A DNA stretch of 64,000 nt from an uncultured Acidimicrobiia bacterium (GTDB lineage: Bacteria; Actinomycetota; Acidimicrobiia; Spongiisociales; UBA5794). The stretch lies in the NCBI GenBank assembly GCA_963708235.1, contig OY970200.1, positions 847,757 to 911,756 on the forward strand, read 5' to 3'. The notes under the pieces were generated by a model. It was not told the DNA's origin. It ran no database searches and saw only the letters and a program-made list of their open reading frames with translations. This document shows positions 10,288-20,022 of the stretch, piece after piece. A program made the position numbers and the translations under genes. The first letter of the stretch is position 1, and each line of letters starts with the position of its first letter.

Positions 10288-10471
10288 ACCCCGTATCCGG
10301 TGCGTCGGTATCGGGTGCGGAGGCGATCAACGGAGATCGATGGGGAGCAGCCGACCTGTGTGCGATGATGTCATTGCCTGCCGACGTCCTGCGCCGTCCA
10401 GGAACTCCTGGTGTGGAGGGTGACGCCGTGACGGGTAGGTGCATGACGTCCAGCCCCCGGATCGAGGTCGC

Positions 10472-11380
10472 ATGAGCGAACACCGACACGGCCACGCCGC
10501 AGCGCGCGCCGGGGCGCGCCATGCGGGCCGGCTGTGGTGGGCGTTCGGGCTGGTGGCGGTGGTCTTCGTGCTCGAAGCGGTCGTCGGGGTGCTCTCGGGT
10601 TCGTTGGCGCTGCTTTCCGACGCCGGTCACATGCTGACCGATGTCGCCGGGCTGGGGATGGCGCTCGCCGCCATCCACCTCGCCAACCGCGGCGGCACCG
10701 GTGGTGGCCGGTCGTTCGGGCTGTACCGGTTGGAGATCCTCGCCGCCCTTGCCAACGCCCTCCTGTTGTTCGGGGTCGCCGGATATGTGCTGGTCGAGGC
10801 ATTCCGTCGGATCGGCGACCCGCCCGAGATCGCTTCCGGACTGGTGTTCGGGGTGGCACTGGTCGGACTCGGCGTCAATGTCGCCGGATTCCTGCTGCTC
10901 CGTCCCGGGGCCGAGGAGAGCCTCAATGTGCGCGGCGCCTACCTCGAGGTGTTGGCGGACTTGATCGGGTCGGTCGCCGTGGTGATCTCGGCCGTCACCA
11001 TCTGGGCCACCGGGTGGTACTGGGTGGATCCCCTTGCCGGAGCGCTGCTCGGTCTGTGGATCCTGCCCCGAACCTGGCGGCTCGCCCGGCATGCGCTCAG
11101 GATCCTGCTCCAGGCGGCGCCGCTCGACCTGGACCTGGAGGCGGTGCAACGCGACCTGCGGGCTCTCCCGGGGGTGGTCGACGTCCACGATCTGCATGTG
11201 TGGACGCTCACCTCGGACATGGAGGTGGCATCCGCCCACGTCGTGGTGGCCGGAGAAGGGGAGGTTCATGCGGTCCTGGACCAGGCACGCATCCTTCTCG
11301 CCGAACGATATGGCGTCGATCACGCCACGCTCCAGGTGGAGCCGGCCGACCACACCGGGTGTCACGACATCGAATGGTGA
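10472..11380 (+). CDS. Cation diffusion facilitator (CzcD/ZitB-like) metal efflux transporter.
   Basis: N-terminal His-rich tail MSEHRHGHAAA, then LLSDAGHMLTDV and HVWTLTSDMEVASAHVVV, which are CDF hallmarks. Confidence 0.8.
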   Translation: MSEHRHGHAAARAGARHAGRLWWAFGLVAVVFVLEAVVGVLSGSLALLSDAGHMLTDVAGLGMALAAIHLANRGGTGGGRSFGLYRLEILAALANALLLFGVAGYVLVEAFRRIGDPPEIASGLVFGVALVGLGVNVAGFLLLRPGAEESLNVRGAYLEVLADLIGSVAVVISAVTIWATGWYWVDPLAGALLGLWILPRTWRLARHALRILLQAAPLDLDLEAVQRDLRALPGVVDVHDLHVWTLTSDMEVASAHVVVAGEGEVHAVLDQARILLAERYGVDHATLQVEPADHTGCHDIEW

Positions 11381-11486
11381 CATGTACTGCCCGGTATGGT
11401 CCCAAGGGTGTGCCCAATGGGGATCGAGCCGTTGAGTGTCGAGCGGTGCAGCGCTCGGAACCGACCCCTGATCGGAGAGTGACGAG

Positions 11487-11927
11487 ATGGTGGAATCAGA
11501 CCACGTGGAGATCCACGACAGCCCGACGGGCTGGGTAGCCAGCCACATTCGATCTTATGTTGAGAGTGATGGTAGGAAAGGGCATCGCTGGCACGGTGTC
11601 GACACCTTGCTCCTGACGACGAAGGGCCGTAGGACGGGGGAGTTGCGGCGTACCGCCTTGATCTACGGCCGGGACGGCGACCGTTATGTGGTGGTCGCCT
11701 CACGTGGCGGGGCGGCGCACCATCCGGCCTGGTATCTCAACCTGGTCACTAACTCTCAAGTTGAACTTCAGGTCGGCTCGGAACACATCACGGCCCTTGC
11801 GCGGACCGCTGATGCCGATGAGAAGCCGGCGCTGTGGCGACAGATGGCGGAGTTGTGGCCCGACTACGAGAACTACCAGCGGCGGACCAGCCGCGACATT
11901 CCGGTGGTGATTCTCGAACCGGTATGA
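11487..11927 (+). CDS. Deazaflavin (F420)-dependent nitroreductase-family oxidoreductase (Ddn/DUF385-like).
   Basis: The HPAWYLNL motif and the RRTALIYGRDGDRYVVVASRGGA split-barrel pattern are typical of F420H2-dependent reductases in Actinobacteria. Confidence 0.7.
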   Translation: MVESDHVEIHDSPTGWVASHIRSYVESDGRKGHRWHGVDTLLLTTKGRRTGELRRTALIYGRDGDRYVVVASRGGAAHHPAWYLNLVTNSQVELQVGSEHITALARTADADEKPALWRQMAELWPDYENYQRRTSRDIPVVILEPV

Positions 11928-12047
11928 CGGCGTCATCGGGTTCGCAGGCCGCAGGGGCCCGCAGGGTCGGATCTGACCCGACCGTCCGACCGCAGGTGAC
12001 GGCTCGGTATCGTGGAAGATCTGATCGAGCGACGAGGAGTCAGACCG

Positions 12048-12542
12048 ATGAGCCATCCCCGGATCCCGCTTCAGCAGCTTGCCCCCACGCAGTATCGGGC
12101 GATGCTCGCCTTCGACCGCAGCATCGAGTTGGCACCGGTGCTGCGCGAGCTGCTCAAAGTGCGCGCCTCCCAGATCAACGGGTGCGCCTTCTGCATCGAC
12201 ATGCACTGGAAAGACGCCCGCAGCGCCGGGGAGACCGAGGAGCGGTTGTACTCGCTGTCGGCATGGCGGCACAGCCCGCTGTACGACGCCCGGGAACAGG
12301 CGGCGCTAGAGCTCTGCGAAGCGATCACGTTGATCACCACCAGCGACGTCCCCGACGATGTGTGGGACCGCACCTCGGAGGTCTTCTCGGCCGAAGAGCA
12401 GGCCCAGCTCATCTTCGCCATCACCGCCATCAATGCCTGGAACCGGATCGCCTCGTCCACCCGTGCCGAGCCCGGGAAATACCAGCCCGCCCCCCGGACC
12501 CCGGCGACGACCGGTAATGGTGAGACCCGGGCGGCAGACTGA
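12048..12542 (+). CDS. Carboxymuconolactone decarboxylase family (AhpD-like) protein.
   Basis: The RASQINGCAFCIDMH motif is the CxxC/H core of AhpD/CMD proteins. Confidence 0.7.
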   Translation: MSHPRIPLQQLAPTQYRAMLAFDRSIELAPVLRELLKVRASQINGCAFCIDMHWKDARSAGETEERLYSLSAWRHSPLYDAREQAALELCEAITLITTSDVPDDVWDRTSEVFSAEEQAQLIFAITAINAWNRIASSTRAEPGKYQPAPRTPATTGNGETRAAD

Positions 12543-12653
12543 AGGGCCGCACCAGGCGCCGGCCTCAGGCACCGGCCCTGCTGGGCAGGTGGGGAAGCCT
12601 GACCGGAGAGTGAAGACTGACCGGATGGTGAAGGGCCGGATGGCGCGGGCCGC

Positions 12654-14042
12654 TCACGTGGTCGGAGCGTCGGTGGTCCCAGGTGGGATGTTGGTGTTGA
12701 GTCGGAACAGATTGTCCGGGTCGTAGCGACGCTTGACGGCGACCAGACGATCCCAGGTCGCTCCGGGATAGGCGTTGCGAACCCCGTCCTGCTCCGATCC
12801 GCCCATGAAGTTGACATAGGTGCGGTCGTCGCCCTGGTGTAGTGCGGCCGCTACGGCAGCAACCCACGTGCGTTGCGTCCCGGCATCCGACGGTTCGGCG
12901 TACATCGCGGCCACATTGATCATCAGGCGGGCGTCCCGGTGGGCGAAGGCCGTGTCCTCGACCGGGACCCGGGCCATGGCCCCACCCAGCACCCGTATCT
13001 GTACCGCCGCCATCGGGGCGGTGGATGCGGCGAGATGGGTCAGGATCGTCCCGGCCACCTCGGTGTCGATGTGATCCATGAACATGGTCTGACTGGCCAT
13101 CGTGGGATGGAACGGCGGCTCGGGTGGGAACATGCTGAGGTACGGCACCTCTGCGAGGTCGTCGACGAGCGGTTCGGCGAGTTCCCGGAACGGGGCAACC
13201 GCCTGTACACCCGCCGCCGAATCGCCGGCATGCACCATGAGCGCCAGAAGAACGGTCTTGCCGTGGACCGCCTCGGGGAGGAACGGCGCCGGTGGGGCAT
13301 TCATCACCATGACGATCGCCGACAGTTCGTCGGGTGCATTCTCGGCGAGGGCCACGAACCCGGAGATGACGTCCGGTGTCGCCGGCAGGACCAGCATCCC
13401 GCCCACGATGTCGTCCACCTCGTGGAGGCGGAACTTGAGTCGGGTAGCCACCCCGAAGTTGCCGCCTCCACCGCGGATCGCCCAGAACAGATCGGGGTGT
13501 CGCTCGGTGTCGATCTCGAGGATGCTGCCATCGGCGGTCACGATCTCGGCGGCCAGGAGGTTGTCCACGGTGAGACCGTGCTTGCGGACCAGAAACCCGA
13601 CACCGCCGCCGAGCGTGATACCGCCGATTCCGACCGATCCGGTGTCCCCGAAACCTGTGGCGAAACCGTGGGCGGCGGCCGCCTCCGTGTACTCACCGGC
13701 GGTGAGACCGGTCTCGGCCCAGGCGGTCCGTTGTTCGAGGTCGATCTCGATGGCTTTCATCGCAACCAGATCGAGGACGATGCCACCCTCGGTGACGCTG
13801 TGGCCGGCGAGGCTGTGACCACCGCTGCGAATCGCCAACTCGGCGCCGGTCGCCCGGGCGAAGTCGACGACCTTCGACACCTCGGCGGCGTTCAGTGGTC
13901 GGGCAATGGCGGCGGGGCGCCGATCGATGTCGCCGTAGAACGCCTGGCGGGCATCGTCATACCCAGGATCGTCGGGGAGAATGACCTGCCCGGCGATCGT
14001 GTCGGCAAGTCGGGAAGGGTCGTCGGTGTGGAGTGCAGGCAT
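12654..14042 (-). CDS. FAD-binding oxidoreductase, FAD-linked oxidase / berberine-bridge-like (PCMH type).
   Basis: IRSGGHSLAGHSV...LLAAEIVTADG...FWAIRGGGGNFGV and a C-terminal BBE-like RYDPDNLFRLNTNIPP. Confidence 0.8.
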   Translation of the reverse strand: MPALHTDDPSRLADTIAGQVILPDDPGYDDARQAFYGDIDRRPAAIARPLNAAEVSKVVDFARATGAELAIRSGGHSLAGHSVTEGGIVLDLVAMKAIEIDLEQRTAWAETGLTAGEYTEAAAAHGFATGFGDTGSVGIGGITLGGGVGFLVRKHGLTVDNLLAAEIVTADGSILEIDTERHPDLFWAIRGGGGNFGVATRLKFRLHEVDDIVGGMLVLPATPDVISGFVALAENAPDELSAIVMVMNAPPAPFLPEAVHGKTVLLALMVHAGDSAAGVQAVAPFRELAEPLVDDLAEVPYLSMFPPEPPFHPTMASQTMFMDHIDTEVAGTILTHLAASTAPMAAVQIRVLGGAMARVPVEDTAFAHRDARLMINVAAMYAEPSDAGTQRTWVAAVAAALHQGDDRTYVNFMGGSEQDGVRNAYPGATWDRLVAVKRRYDPDNLFRLNTNIPPGTTDAPTT

Positions 14043-14229
14043 TGATGCTCCTGGAATGGGCGGTCTTCGGGTCGTCTCGGGGACTCTTTGGCGGTGGCGC
14101 AGGGCGTACGCCGAATGTAAGGACCAGGTTCTGCCCGGTCCGTTCTCCGGTGGCGCCCTCAGGAGAGGTGACCTCGCCGGGACGGGGAACTCATCGTCAC
14201 GTGAATCGAACTACTCGGTGTCACCATAA

Positions 14230-14251
14230 GACTTCAAGAACACTTGAAGTC
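14230..14251. promoter_or_regulatory. Perfect 9-bp inverted repeat GACTTCAAG-aaca-CTTGAAGTC. Candidate operator in the divergent promoter region.
   Basis: Lies in a locally AT-richer intergenic stretch between the FAD oxidase (minus, start 14042) and the epimerase operon (plus, start 14292). Confidence 0.4.
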
Positions 14252-14291
14252 AAGCGCTCGGTTCCGACGCAGGTGAGGGCGGCGGGAACCC

Positions 14292-15320
14292 GTGGGACGA
14301 CGGATGGAACCCCACAGGTCGGAGGACGAGCCGGTGCCCTCTCGCACGCTCTATCCTCCCCGCAGCCAGGATGGAGGAGTCGAGATTCGCACGCTGGTGA
14401 CCGGAGCCGCCGGGTTTGTCGGTTCGGCTGTCGCATTGAGGCTGGTGGAAGAGGGCTTCGATGTGCACGGCCTGGTTCGCACCGCCACGTCGCCAGGGCG
14501 CCTGGGCGGCGGCGGTGGCGGAGTGTCGCTCCACACCGGCGATTTGACCGAACCCGGAGACCTTGCCGACGCCATCCGCCGGATCGACCCGCAACTGGTG
14601 GTTCACGCCGCCGCCCATGGCGGGCATCCCGTCGGCGCCGAAGGACGCCGTGTGGCTTGGCACGATACGGTCACCGGCACCCTCAACCTCGTCGAGGCGC
14701 TCCGTGATCGACCTCCGCAACGCTTCGTCCATCTCGGCAGTCCGCTCGAGTACCGCCCCGGCGGGAACTCGACCGATGATGTGACTGGTCGAACCGCGGG
14801 AGTGAATGGCCGCTGCGGTCCCACCACCTTCCGAGGTGCGATGAAGGCGGCGTCGACGCTTCTCGTCCGCCAATGGTCCGCAGAGATCGGTGCGCCGTGC
14901 GTCGTGCTCCGCCCCTTCTCGGTCTACGGGCCGCATCAGCAGCCGCAGCGGGTCATCCCGGTCCTCCTCGGTGCGCTCCGCTCCGGGAGCCCTTTCGCTG
15001 TCGCCGGTGGAGATACGGGGCGAGACTTCGTCTACATCGATGATGTGGTCGATGCCGTGGTAGCCGTCATCCGTACGAGGGCGGCCGACGGCGGCGAGTT
15101 CAACGTGGGTTGCGGCGAGATGACGACCATCACCCGCTTGATCGCCACCGCCGAAGAGGTGACCGGCCGGCGGGCCGTCCTCGCCGGCGATGTCCATCCG
15201 GGCACGGTCGCCGACGGTGCGGTGTGGAGCGCCGACCTCGGCGACACCACCAGGGTGCTCGGATGGGCGCCGCGGACCTCGCTCGCCGAGGGGCTCCGCA
15301 TCACCTGGAGCTCGGGATGA
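14292..15320 (+). CDS. NAD-dependent epimerase/dehydratase (SDR) family protein.
   Basis: The Rossmann motif TLVTGAAGFVGSAV follows a ~28-aa N-terminal extension, so the start is uncertain (alternative 14304). Stop overlaps the next start (ATGA). Confidence 0.75.
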   Translation: MGRRMEPHRSEDEPVPSRTLYPPRSQDGGVEIRTLVTGAAGFVGSAVALRLVEEGFDVHGLVRTATSPGRLGGGGGGVSLHTGDLTEPGDLADAIRRIDPQLVVHAAAHGGHPVGAEGRRVAWHDTVTGTLNLVEALRDRPPQRFVHLGSPLEYRPGGNSTDDVTGRTAGVNGRCGPTTFRGAMKAASTLLVRQWSAEIGAPCVVLRPFSVYGPHQQPQRVIPVLLGALRSGSPFAVAGGDTGRDFVYIDDVVDAVVAVIRTRAADGGEFNVGCGEMTTITRLIATAEEVTGRRAVLAGDVHPGTVADGAVWSADLGDTTRVLGWAPRTSLAEGLRITWSSG

Positions 15321-16024
15321 CGGCGGTCGACCCGGATCGGATGGCGCGCCTCGAAGTCATGGAAGGCGCCCACTTCTGGTCGGTGGGTCGGGACCATCTC
15401 ACCCGCCTGCTGCTCACTCGCTACGACATGTCCCCGCCGTACCTCGATGCCGGTGCCGGGACCGCACGGTTCGCCCGTACCCTCGCTGCGAAACACCGAT
15501 CGGTCTACTGGTTCGACATCGGGGCCGTGGATCCCCCCGGGTTCCGCGCATCGATCACCTCGATTCCACTCGCCCCCGGATCCGTCGGCACGGTATTTGC
15601 TCGCGACGTCCTCGAACATGTCGATGACGTGGCCGCGCTCGCCGAGTGCCACCGGGTGCTGCGACCCGGCGGTGTGCTGCTGGTCACCGTTCCCGGCTGG
15701 CCGTCGCTCTGGGGTCCGAGGGACGTGGTGTCGGGTCACCTGCGCCGCTACCGCCGGCGAGATCTCAGGCGTGTCGTCGAGGCCGCCGGATTCGTCGTCG
15801 AGGAGATGCGCGGGTATCAGTTCCTGCTCCTGCCCCTGGTCGTCATCTCGCGACTGCTGACACAGCGCTCCGGGCCCGAGGCTCTGCACCGTGAGGAACG
15901 AATCGGTGGTCGCACCAATGCGCTCCTCACCGCGATCAACCACACCGAGGCCGGCGCTGCACGGTGGAAGGCGGTGCGGCCTCCCACCGGCTCCACGCTC
16001 GTCATGATCGCACGACGCCCGTGA
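15317..16024 (+). CDS. Class I SAM-dependent methyltransferase.
   Basis: The LDAGAGTARF glycine-rich SAM motif, ARDVLEHVDD and LRPGGVLLV. Translationally coupled to both flanking genes. Confidence 0.75.
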   Translation: MTAVDPDRMARLEVMEGAHFWSVGRDHLTRLLLTRYDMSPPYLDAGAGTARFARTLAAKHRSVYWFDIGAVDPPGFRASITSIPLAPGSVGTVFARDVLEHVDDVAALAECHRVLRPGGVLLVTVPGWPSLWGPRDVVSGHLRRYRRRDLRRVVEAAGFVVEEMRGYQFLLLPLVVISRLLTQRSGPEALHREERIGGRTNALLTAINHTEAGAARWKAVRPPTGSTLVMIARRP

Positions 16025-16842
16025 CGATCTCCCCCTACCTCTTCTCGACCGATCTGCGGCTGGTGCAGGCACTTGCCGGCGCCGACGCCGCTCCCGATCG
16101 GCGGGTTGGGGCCGTGGTCGTCGATTGGGAACGGCGGGGCAAGGCGGAACGCCAGCAGCATGCCCTTGCTCAGATCGGAACCGACACCCAGATCGGAGTC
16201 GACACCGTCGACGATCTCGGAGCGGTGGCGGAGATATCCGCAGTTCCCGTGGTGTGCCGGCTCAACGCGTGGGGCCCCGGCACACCCGGCGAGATGGAGC
16301 GGGCGATCGCTGGCGGTGCTGTCACGGTGTTGTTGCCGATGGTGCGCACCGCCGCTGAGGTGGCCGCCGCTCTCGACGTGGCCGCCGGTCGCATCGGTAT
16401 CGGCATCCTGGTCGAGACCCGGGCGGCCGTCTCGATCGCCGACGAGTTGTCCGAGCTGCCGCTGGCGATGGTCTACGTCGGCTTAATGGACCTGGCCATC
16501 GATTCGGGATCGTCGACGATCTTCGCCCCGCTCGTCAACGGCATCGTCGAGAGGTTGCGGGCCTCGTTCTCGGTCCCGTTCGGCGTCGGGGGGCTCACGG
16601 TGCCCCTGGGTGGTCATCCGATCCCGGCCCCGATCCTCGCCGGTGAGCTGATCCGGCTGGGCTGTGATTTTTCGTTTCTGCGGCGGGCGTTCATCCGTCA
16701 TGCGGTGGACGATCCGAGCGCAGCCCTCGTTGATGTCCTCGCCATGCTCGACGCTCTGGAGCGACGAACGCCGAGCGAGACGGCCGCTGACCGCCGCAGC
16801 TTCCTGGCGGCGGTCAGGGTCGCTGCAGGGGTGGCCGGGTGA
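16021..16842 (+). CDS. HpcH/HpaI aldolase / citrate-lyase beta (CitE)-like TIM-barrel protein.
   Basis: VVVDWE...VVCRLNAWG...LLPMVRTAAEV...LVETRAAVSIADEL...VYVGLMDLAIDSG matches the HpcH/CitE motif order. GTG start overlaps the upstream stop. Confidence 0.5.
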   Translation: MTISPYLFSTDLRLVQALAGADAAPDRRVGAVVVDWERRGKAERQQHALAQIGTDTQIGVDTVDDLGAVAEISAVPVVCRLNAWGPGTPGEMERAIAGGAVTVLLPMVRTAAEVAAALDVAAGRIGIGILVETRAAVSIADELSELPLAMVYVGLMDLAIDSGSSTIFAPLVNGIVERLRASFSVPFGVGGLTVPLGGHPIPAPILAGELIRLGCDFSFLRRAFIRHAVDDPSAALVDVLAMLDALERRTPSETAADRRSFLAAVRVAAGVAG

Positions 16843-17630
16843 CCATCAAGCTCTCCGTGGTGAGTCCGCTGTACCGGTGTCGTCGCGAGGTTCCTGAGTT
16901 CCTGGAACGCCTCCGCCTCGTTCTCGAGAGCTGTGCCGATACCGGCGAGTGGGCTCCCGGGGAATGGGAGGTGGTGTTGGTCGACGATCATTGCCCGGAG
17001 TCGAGTGGTTCGGCCGCGGTCGCGGCGTGGCCGACCTGCTTGTCCGGTCTCCGCGTGATCCGGCTCGACCGCAACGCCGGCCAGCAGGCCGCCCTGTGGA
17101 TGGGCCTCAGGTCGGTGTCGGGTGAGACCGTCGTCGTCCTCGATGCGGACCTGCAGGACCGGCCCGAAGACCTGGTCGTGCTGCTCGGCGGACTCCGACC
17201 TGGGGTGGAGGTGGTCTCCGCCGGTCGCAGCGGCCACTACACCACGGCAGGCCGCCGATTCACCGCCTGGGTGTTCCGCCACATGCGGACCGTACTCACC
17301 CGAGGGCGCCTGCCGTCGGACGCCGGGCTGTTCATGGCGGCCCGTGGGGTCGTCGTCGGTCGGATGCTCGCCCTCGACGATCCGGGTGTTCACCTGCTCA
17401 CCGGTCTGTCGAGGGTGGGAGCGTCCGTCGACACGATCCCCGTCGAACGTCGGCGTCGGGCAAGCGGTGCTTCCGCCTACTCGGGGTGGCGACGGCTGGC
17501 GCTCGGCCTGGCCGCCCTGCTCGACTGCACACCCGCCTACCCGTTCACCAGATGGGTCCGGCGGCGAACGTGGCGGGAACCCCGGCCTGTCACCCTCACG
17601 CCACAGATCACCCCGGAACCCATGCGATGA
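16839..17630 (+). CDS. Family 2 glycosyltransferase (DPM1-like polyprenyl-phosphate sugar synthase type).
   Basis: VVSPLYRC...VVLVDDHCPES...VLDADLQD is the GT2 DxD core. Confidence 0.75.
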   Translation: MTIKLSVVSPLYRCRREVPEFLERLRLVLESCADTGEWAPGEWEVVLVDDHCPESSGSAAVAAWPTCLSGLRVIRLDRNAGQQAALWMGLRSVSGETVVVLDADLQDRPEDLVVLLGGLRPGVEVVSAGRSGHYTTAGRRFTAWVFRHMRTVLTRGRLPSDAGLFMAARGVVVGRMLALDDPGVHLLTGLSRVGASVDTIPVERRRRASGASAYSGWRRLALGLAALLDCTPAYPFTRWVRRRTWREPRPVTLTPQITPEPMR

Positions 17631-17658
17631 TCCGACCCCCGGCAAGGAACGAGAACAA

Positions 17659-18363
17659 GTGAGCGACGAACACAACGAGTATCAACGCCGCTACTACACC
17701 GAGCGGGACTCACCCCGGATCGGGCTCGACCGCTCGGGTACTCCGTATGTCCGTCGCCATGTCACCGAAGTGCTCGCCGCACTCGACCGGCCCACCGGTT
17801 CGTCCATCCTCGATGTCGGATGTGGGCTCGGTAAGTACACGGTGGGTCTGATGGAGGCCGGGTATGTGGTGGAGGGCATCGACCTCACCCCTGCATTGAT
17901 CGAGAGCCTGCACGGCCAGATCCCGGAATTGCCGCTCCATGTCGGTGACGTCGCGGTCCCTCCCGAAGCGTTGCACGGGCGGTTTTCCGGCGTCGTCGGC
18001 TTCTTCTTCCTGCATCACGTCGACGACCTCGCCGCCGTCTTCGCCGGGGTCCGCCGGTGTCTCACACCGGGCGGACGTGCCGTGTTCATCGAGCCCAACC
18101 CGTTGTTCCTCGGGTTCTATGCCCAGATCGCCATCACCCCTGGCATGACCTGGCGAGGGGAACGAGGCATTCTCTCGATGCGTCCCAAGGTTCTTGCGGA
18201 GGCGGCGCGGCGAGCCGGCTTCACGCGATGCCGGTCCACTGCCTTCGGCGCCTTTCCCCCGGTGCTCGCCAACCGCACCCGGGGTGCCCGGATCGAGCAG
18301 ATCATCGAGCACCTTCCCGGTTGGGACCGGGTCGGGGCCTTCCGGCTGATCACGGTGGAATGA
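17659..18363 (+). CDS. Class I SAM-dependent methyltransferase.
   Basis: ILDVGCGLGKYT, plus FFFLHHVDD and LTPGGRAVFIEP. GTG start with an AAGGAACGAG ribosome-binding site. Confidence 0.75.
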   Translation: MSDEHNEYQRRYYTERDSPRIGLDRSGTPYVRRHVTEVLAALDRPTGSSILDVGCGLGKYTVGLMEAGYVVEGIDLTPALIESLHGQIPELPLHVGDVAVPPEALHGRFSGVVGFFFLHHVDDLAAVFAGVRRCLTPGGRAVFIEPNPLFLGFYAQIAITPGMTWRGERGILSMRPKVLAEAARRAGFTRCRSTAFGAFPPVLANRTRGARIEQIIEHLPGWDRVGAFRLITVE

Positions 18364-19790
18364 GTTCGTCGCTGACGGCGATGGTCGTCATCGCCGTGAC
18401 GACCATCGCGGTGACCCGCTGGGTTCCCGTCTCGACCGACGAGGCGTGGTTTCTCCAGGTGGTCCGGCGCACCACCAACGGTGACCGCCTCTACCGGGAT
18501 GTGTTCTTCGGGGCGGCTCCCCTGGCGGTCTGGATCGCCGCCGTGGCGGTGCGGTTCACCCGGCCTCAGGTGATCGTGGTGCGGGCCATCGGTCTTGCCT
18601 ACCACCTGGCGATACTGGCCGCTGCAGCTGCGCTGTTCGCCGTCGAAGACGTGCCTGCGCTCCCCACGGTGGCGACGCTCATCGGTGTCGCAGGCCTCGG
18701 CGGCCACCATGCCGCACTGCACAATCACTACGGTCATCTGACCAACATCGGTCTGATCGGGGCGGCAGCAGCGATCCTCGCCGGACGGCCGGTCCTTGCC
18801 GGAGTGGCGCTGGCAGTCGCCGTTGCCGGGCGCTACCCGGTCGGAATCCTGGGTGCGGTGGTGCTCGTTCCGCTGAGTGCGTGGGCACACGGGACAGGTT
18901 TCGCCGTCGATGTCGCCGCGGGGCTGATCGCGGTCGGCGCCCTGGTGGTCGCCGTCGGTTGGGGGGAATGGCGTGCGTTCTACCGGACCGCCGTCGCCAA
19001 CAAGCCCACCTATCTGGCGGTCGCCGGGATCTCGCTGTTGGCCGGGCTGTCGGCGGTGCGCACCCGCGCCGATTCGGTCGCACGGCGGATCGAGGCGGTC
19101 CCGGTACTCGTCGGTTATGCGCTGTTGGTTCCGTGTGGCGGAATCGCAGCGATCGCGGCGGTGTCCGGGTTCTGGTCGGACCGTCCTGACCGGGTGATCG
19201 CCGCCGCACTGGTGGTGTGCGGTATGGCCGTGGTCTATCCGCGGGCGGATCGGGCGCATGTGGTGGCAGCGATGCCCCTCATGGTGGTGGGGGCCGGGCT
19301 GGCGTGTGCCGAACTCTCCGGCCTGGTCTGGTGGACGGCGGCGGCGGGCGCCGGTGCGGTCGCCATGGCCGGCATCGGGGGACGTATGCTGGTCACCAGG
19401 GCAGGGATCTTCCGTCGGGATCTCCCTCGATTGCGCGGACTGCCGGCACCACGGCTGCGCGGGGTGTGGGCCGACGATACCGAGGAAGTGCGTCGCATCG
19501 CCGGGTCAAGGGTCTTCGTGTTGCGAGCCGACGCCGCCTACTTCTACCTGTGCGGAGGTCTGGAGAACCCCACGCCGTACGACTACCCCTTCGCCTCCAC
19601 GTTCGGATCGACCGGTCAGGCGAAGGTGATCGACGCCATTCGGCGGGGTCAAGTGACGTGGGTGTGCGGGTCGATGGTTGCCGGAAGTGCCATGGTTCCG
19701 GAGCAGCTCGCCGGGTTCGTTGCCAAGGAGATGGATCTCGTGGCGTCGACTCCGGTCGGGCCGTTGTCGGGGTTCGGTACCGGGGAGTGA
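18360..19790 (+). CDS. Polytopic membrane protein with a C-terminal soluble domain. Putative GT-C type (lipid-linked donor) glycosyltransferase.
   Basis: 476 aa, about 11 TM helices, then a ~110-aa soluble tail (YFYLCGGLENPTPYDY). Overlaps the upstream stop by 4 nt. Function inferred from architecture and operon context only. Confidence 0.4.
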   Translation: MSSSLTAMVVIAVTTIAVTRWVPVSTDEAWFLQVVRRTTNGDRLYRDVFFGAAPLAVWIAAVAVRFTRPQVIVVRAIGLAYHLAILAAAAALFAVEDVPALPTVATLIGVAGLGGHHAALHNHYGHLTNIGLIGAAAAILAGRPVLAGVALAVAVAGRYPVGILGAVVLVPLSAWAHGTGFAVDVAAGLIAVGALVVAVGWGEWRAFYRTAVANKPTYLAVAGISLLAGLSAVRTRADSVARRIEAVPVLVGYALLVPCGGIAAIAAVSGFWSDRPDRVIAAALVVCGMAVVYPRADRAHVVAAMPLMVVGAGLACAELSGLVWWTAAAGAGAVAMAGIGGRMLVTRAGIFRRDLPRLRGLPAPRLRGVWADDTEEVRRIAGSRVFVLRADAAYFYLCGGLENPTPYDYPFASTFGSTGQAKVIDAIRRGQVTWVCGSMVAGSAMVPEQLAGFVAKEMDLVASTPVGPLSGFGTGE

Positions 19791-20022
19791 GTCGCCCCCG
19801 CAGCGCCCCCGGCGGATCGAGCGTGGTGGGCCGGCGTTACCCGGGGACACGAAACGACCTGGCGCGACGGCGGTGAGTCTGGTCCCACCCAGACCGCGTG
19901 CTTGTTTCCTGACCCATCCCCGCTTCTCCCGGTAGTCCGGTCCGGCCGTCGCATGCCGTGTATCTCGCGGCGGTACTGCGACTCTCGTAGCTCCGAGATC
20001 ATCACATGACTGGGAGTGCCTC

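Noticed and set aside
10229-11548. A 439-aa minus-strand ORF overlapping the CDF gene.
   Set aside because: There is no motif support, the composition is biased (R/P/G/H), and the plus-strand CDF call is strong.
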